Assembly: GCA_001724265.1 (NCBI GenBank) | Contig: MEDY01000325.1 | Span: 51,955 to 71,954 of the forward strand | Origin: Rhizaria sp. SCN 62-66 | Taxonomy: Eukaryota | Direction: 5' to 3' | DNA: 20,000 nucleotides | In this document: in pieces, positions 17,125 through 20,000 of the stretch | How positions within the stretch are numbered: the first letter of the stretch is position 1 | Layout of the letters: the number at the start of each line of letters is the position of its first letter | Translations under genes and position numbers: made by a program | The notes under the pieces: generated by a model | Told to the model about the DNA's origin: nothing | Database searches by the model: none | The model's input: only the letters and a program-made list of their open reading frames with translations

Positions 17125-18124
17125 CTTGATTCTTAGCTTTATCGCTTTATAGCTCTCTTGTTTTTAAGCTTTCTTGCTATCTCTTCTACTTTCCCGCTCT
17201 ATCATCCCCACAGTGTCCCTCTTTCCCGTTCTCTCTTTGCGACCTCGCCCTCTCTACATATCTATTCACCTTTTTTTCCCCGACACACACCCCGTCACTA
17301 CACCTGTCACACTTACATTTGTTTCTTTACATTTGTTTGTTCGTTCACACGTACCGTACATTAGCCCGTCTTTTAAATAGCGCTTCTTCATCTATACCAC
17401 ATGTCATTGATGACATGTTTTCATCTCATGTACTCTCACCCCATCCATGTACATGTTTCGCCACAAAACAAACCAAAACAAAACAAGACAAATCCCCTCA
17501 AAAATCTCGTCACATTGCAACATCCACGCTTTTTTTCTTTGTTTCATTCACAACAATATTGTGTCGCAAAAGCTACTCGAAAACACCCAACAAACTTGTT
17601 CTTCATCAATGCCACAGTGTTTGAGTTGAGTTCTTTGTCCTTTTGCTCTGTGTACGTAACCTACAGAGGTTGTTTGTCTCTTGCTTTATTTCTTGCTTGT
17701 TTTCTTGTTTGTTACAGTCAGAGGCACATTTGTTGCTTCTGCTTGTGGGTCGCTGCGTTTGTTTTTGTGGATTTCTTCATTATTTTTATAGCAATCATTA
17801 CTAAACTTGTTATCATCACATCACATAATCACCACCAGCTTCATTAGCAACAACGTTTATTTATCTTTATAGCTCCCCTTTTATGTTTTTGTGCTTTGAG
17901 TTCACTTTATTGAAGGATACCTCCTGCAATATCATCAAATTTCTTCTGTTTCTCGTTGGCTGTTGTTAACATGCTTTTTCTTGACTTTACGTTTCCGGGG
18001 TTGTGCTTATTCCGATTTCGTTTTCAGTTTCTTTTTTTTGTTCTCTCTTGATTGTGGTTCGATGCATCTGTACCCGTATCATTAGTATTTATCGTTATTG
18101 TTCGTTCGTAACACACATCACGCG

Positions 18125-18935
18125 TCACAAACACACATCCAACAGTGCTTCAAAACAATCAATGCAATACACCGAAACAACCTTTGTTACCGAAACTAAT
18201 TTCCATTCAACGTTACACGGGAATCCGATAGCATTGGCGACGTTGGTTGTCATGTCGAGTGCATATGCACAACGTAATGACGATGACTGGTAGTCGCAGT
18301 CGCCACTCAACGAATTTGGCCACGCAGCGATCCGACAGCCACATTGCATTGGAAGTTGGAAGTACAATTCACTCGTTAGATTCATCGTAGTTTTCTTTGC
18401 AGCGGACGTTTCCCGATAAAAAAATGGTGCACACATTAACCCCGATTCTTACTTCATCGTTCGAGCTGCTTAATGTATTCGTTTTCACCATTTTTATTCC
18501 TCCCTCGCGTGTCGCCCCTCTAACTTTGCTTCCCCGCGCCTCAGTGCTCATGTTGGTTGTCGCATCACCTATCTTTGTGCCTCCGGGGTTTACCTTGTTG
18601 TCGTCAGCTTCTATGCATTTTGCACACTTGCGTACCGCTCGTTGATATCGCGGTGTAAGTCCGTCATTGCCTCTCCCAAACATAAGGTTCGGCGCCCGGT
18701 CCCAACTCCTCGTTCGTGTTGTACAAAGCAGAGCGTAATCGACACTGTTGTCTTCCGTTTCAATGCCACAAACAGAAAGCTCTACCTGATGCACTTGTGG
18801 GGCGCAGTTTATGACTGCTTTGACTGCCTCCGCAGTGACGAGCGTCGCCTCCATCAATGGCTTGAACAAATATTATTACTGCGTATCGCAACCCTGCTAT
18901 CGTACTCTCGTCGCTGCAGCGCGACTTCGGTCACG
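18125..18935 (-). mobile_element. Possible highly degenerate LTR-retrotransposon gag/protease relic
   Basis: Frameshifted minus-strand fragments occur in gag-pro order: ALQ..DES....YA...FKPL...EAVKAVIN (reminiscent of the gag Q...ES..Y..RF..L motif), a basic/Gly linker, HHFFIGKRP (weak knuckle remnant) and FEALLD (protease-like ALLD). Composition differs from host exons. No LTRs or RT seen. Confidence 0.3.
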
Positions 18936-20000
18936 CCGCGACGCTATGACACTAGGTATGGCACTACGACCCCAGGTGTTGTTGTCGCATTGCCAACTGT
19001 GTTGCTGTCTGCTCTAGGTTCGAATCACCAGCGCTACGAGGGCCACCGCATACGTACCGCGCACGTGCGTGTGCCGTGACAGACGACGCAACACTAAGTA
19101 ATGGTTCGCTTGCTTGACTCGGCTTGAGGCTCGGCCGTGGGAGTATGTGTGCGAGCGCTTGCTTGCTAATAGCGTGGCGATGCCGCCGAGGTGTGCGTTG
19201 CAAGATGCCCGGGTGGGGCTTGCGCTTGTTGCAGCATCAAGATCGTCAGAGTTCTTATGCAATGTCATGACATAAACAGTGACATAGCGTTGCGTATCTT
19301 GACACTAAAGTGGCTATTGCAGACGAACGAGTGCGCGCGCTGACTTCTTGTGGCCACTCTGGCTCTCGCTTGAGCTGTTCGCTTTCGGCGCCTGCCGTCG
19401 CAAAACAGTATTTCCGAGATCAAGCTCGTTGCACAGGCCATACGAGTTTGAGGAGGCAACCAGCGCGCGGTTTTACTTCCTACGATATCAGAGATGAGTG
19501 AGGTATTACGTTTTGCAGTGGAGCTGGCGTGCGTTGTCCGTTTCTCGATCGTCGTCATCTGTATGATGATCACATTCTCCACATTCTGTACCGCCCACGC
19601 CTATCATCGTACCTTCATGCACGCGACTTACCGTGGTTACAACCCCACTCCGGAGCACACTGCTGTCACACCTGACGCCATATATCCTTGGCTTGACGTA
19701 CTGAGCCTGTTGCTCAATCGGATGACTGACTGACGTCATCAACGGTGGTGTGTGATCATTGTTCATACGGTACGCTAATGTCTTTGCGCGATTATGCTGA
19801 AGGAGCGGGCTTGATCCTCATCTTGATGTTTGTCGCGTCGACCTGGTTTCACGCCTGATCTTTTCTGTGACCTTGCGGTCGTTTTCGTTCTGCCAAGTCA
19901 CGTCACACGGGGGTCGCGAATTGGGCCGTTTGCCTCTCCCACCCCACATGTTTGTGATGTTGAGGCACCCCCCATCCCCAATAAACATCCCTAGATTACC

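Noticed and set aside
17158-18293. Short Phe/Leu/Ser-rich ORFs
   Set aside because: They are translations of pyrimidine-rich non-coding sequence and lack the host codon bias.
1-20000. CRISPR array, rRNA, tRNA or prokaryotic operon
   Set aside because: No regularly spaced repeats with spacers and no recognisable structural RNA; the genes carry spliceosomal introns.

Overview
Eukaryotic (protist-like) nuclear DNA with GC-rich exons and short AT-rich GT-AG introns. Four spliced genes can be reconstructed by hand. (1) An RNase PH-family exosome subunit most like Mtr3/EXOSC6 (+, 398-1763, 4 exons, 311 aa). (2) A Dbl-family RhoGEF with a split PH domain (+, 2399-6335, 3 exons, 1176 aa). (3) A large Ala/Ser/Pro-rich, probably disordered protein with an RVxW motif and internal repeats (-, 13915-8115, 2 exons, 1876 aa). 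(4) An MMACHC/CblC-like cobalamin-processing protein (+, 14353-15633, 2 exons, 361 aa). The standout observation is that the CblC-like gene's TAG (GAC GAC TAG GAC GAC, 15631-15633) is followed directly by 429 more in-frame, coding-like codons with His-rich tracts, ending at TGA 16923. This could be stop-codon readthrough, TAG used as a sense codon, or a nonsense mutation or assembly error; no other gene here ends in TAG. Also present are shared motifs in upstream regions, an unusual GTNCGT donor consensus, a frameshifted heptad-repeat relic (6970-7370) and a very degenerate, possibly retroelement-derived stretch (about 18125-18935). All family assignments come from remembered motifs, not database searches.
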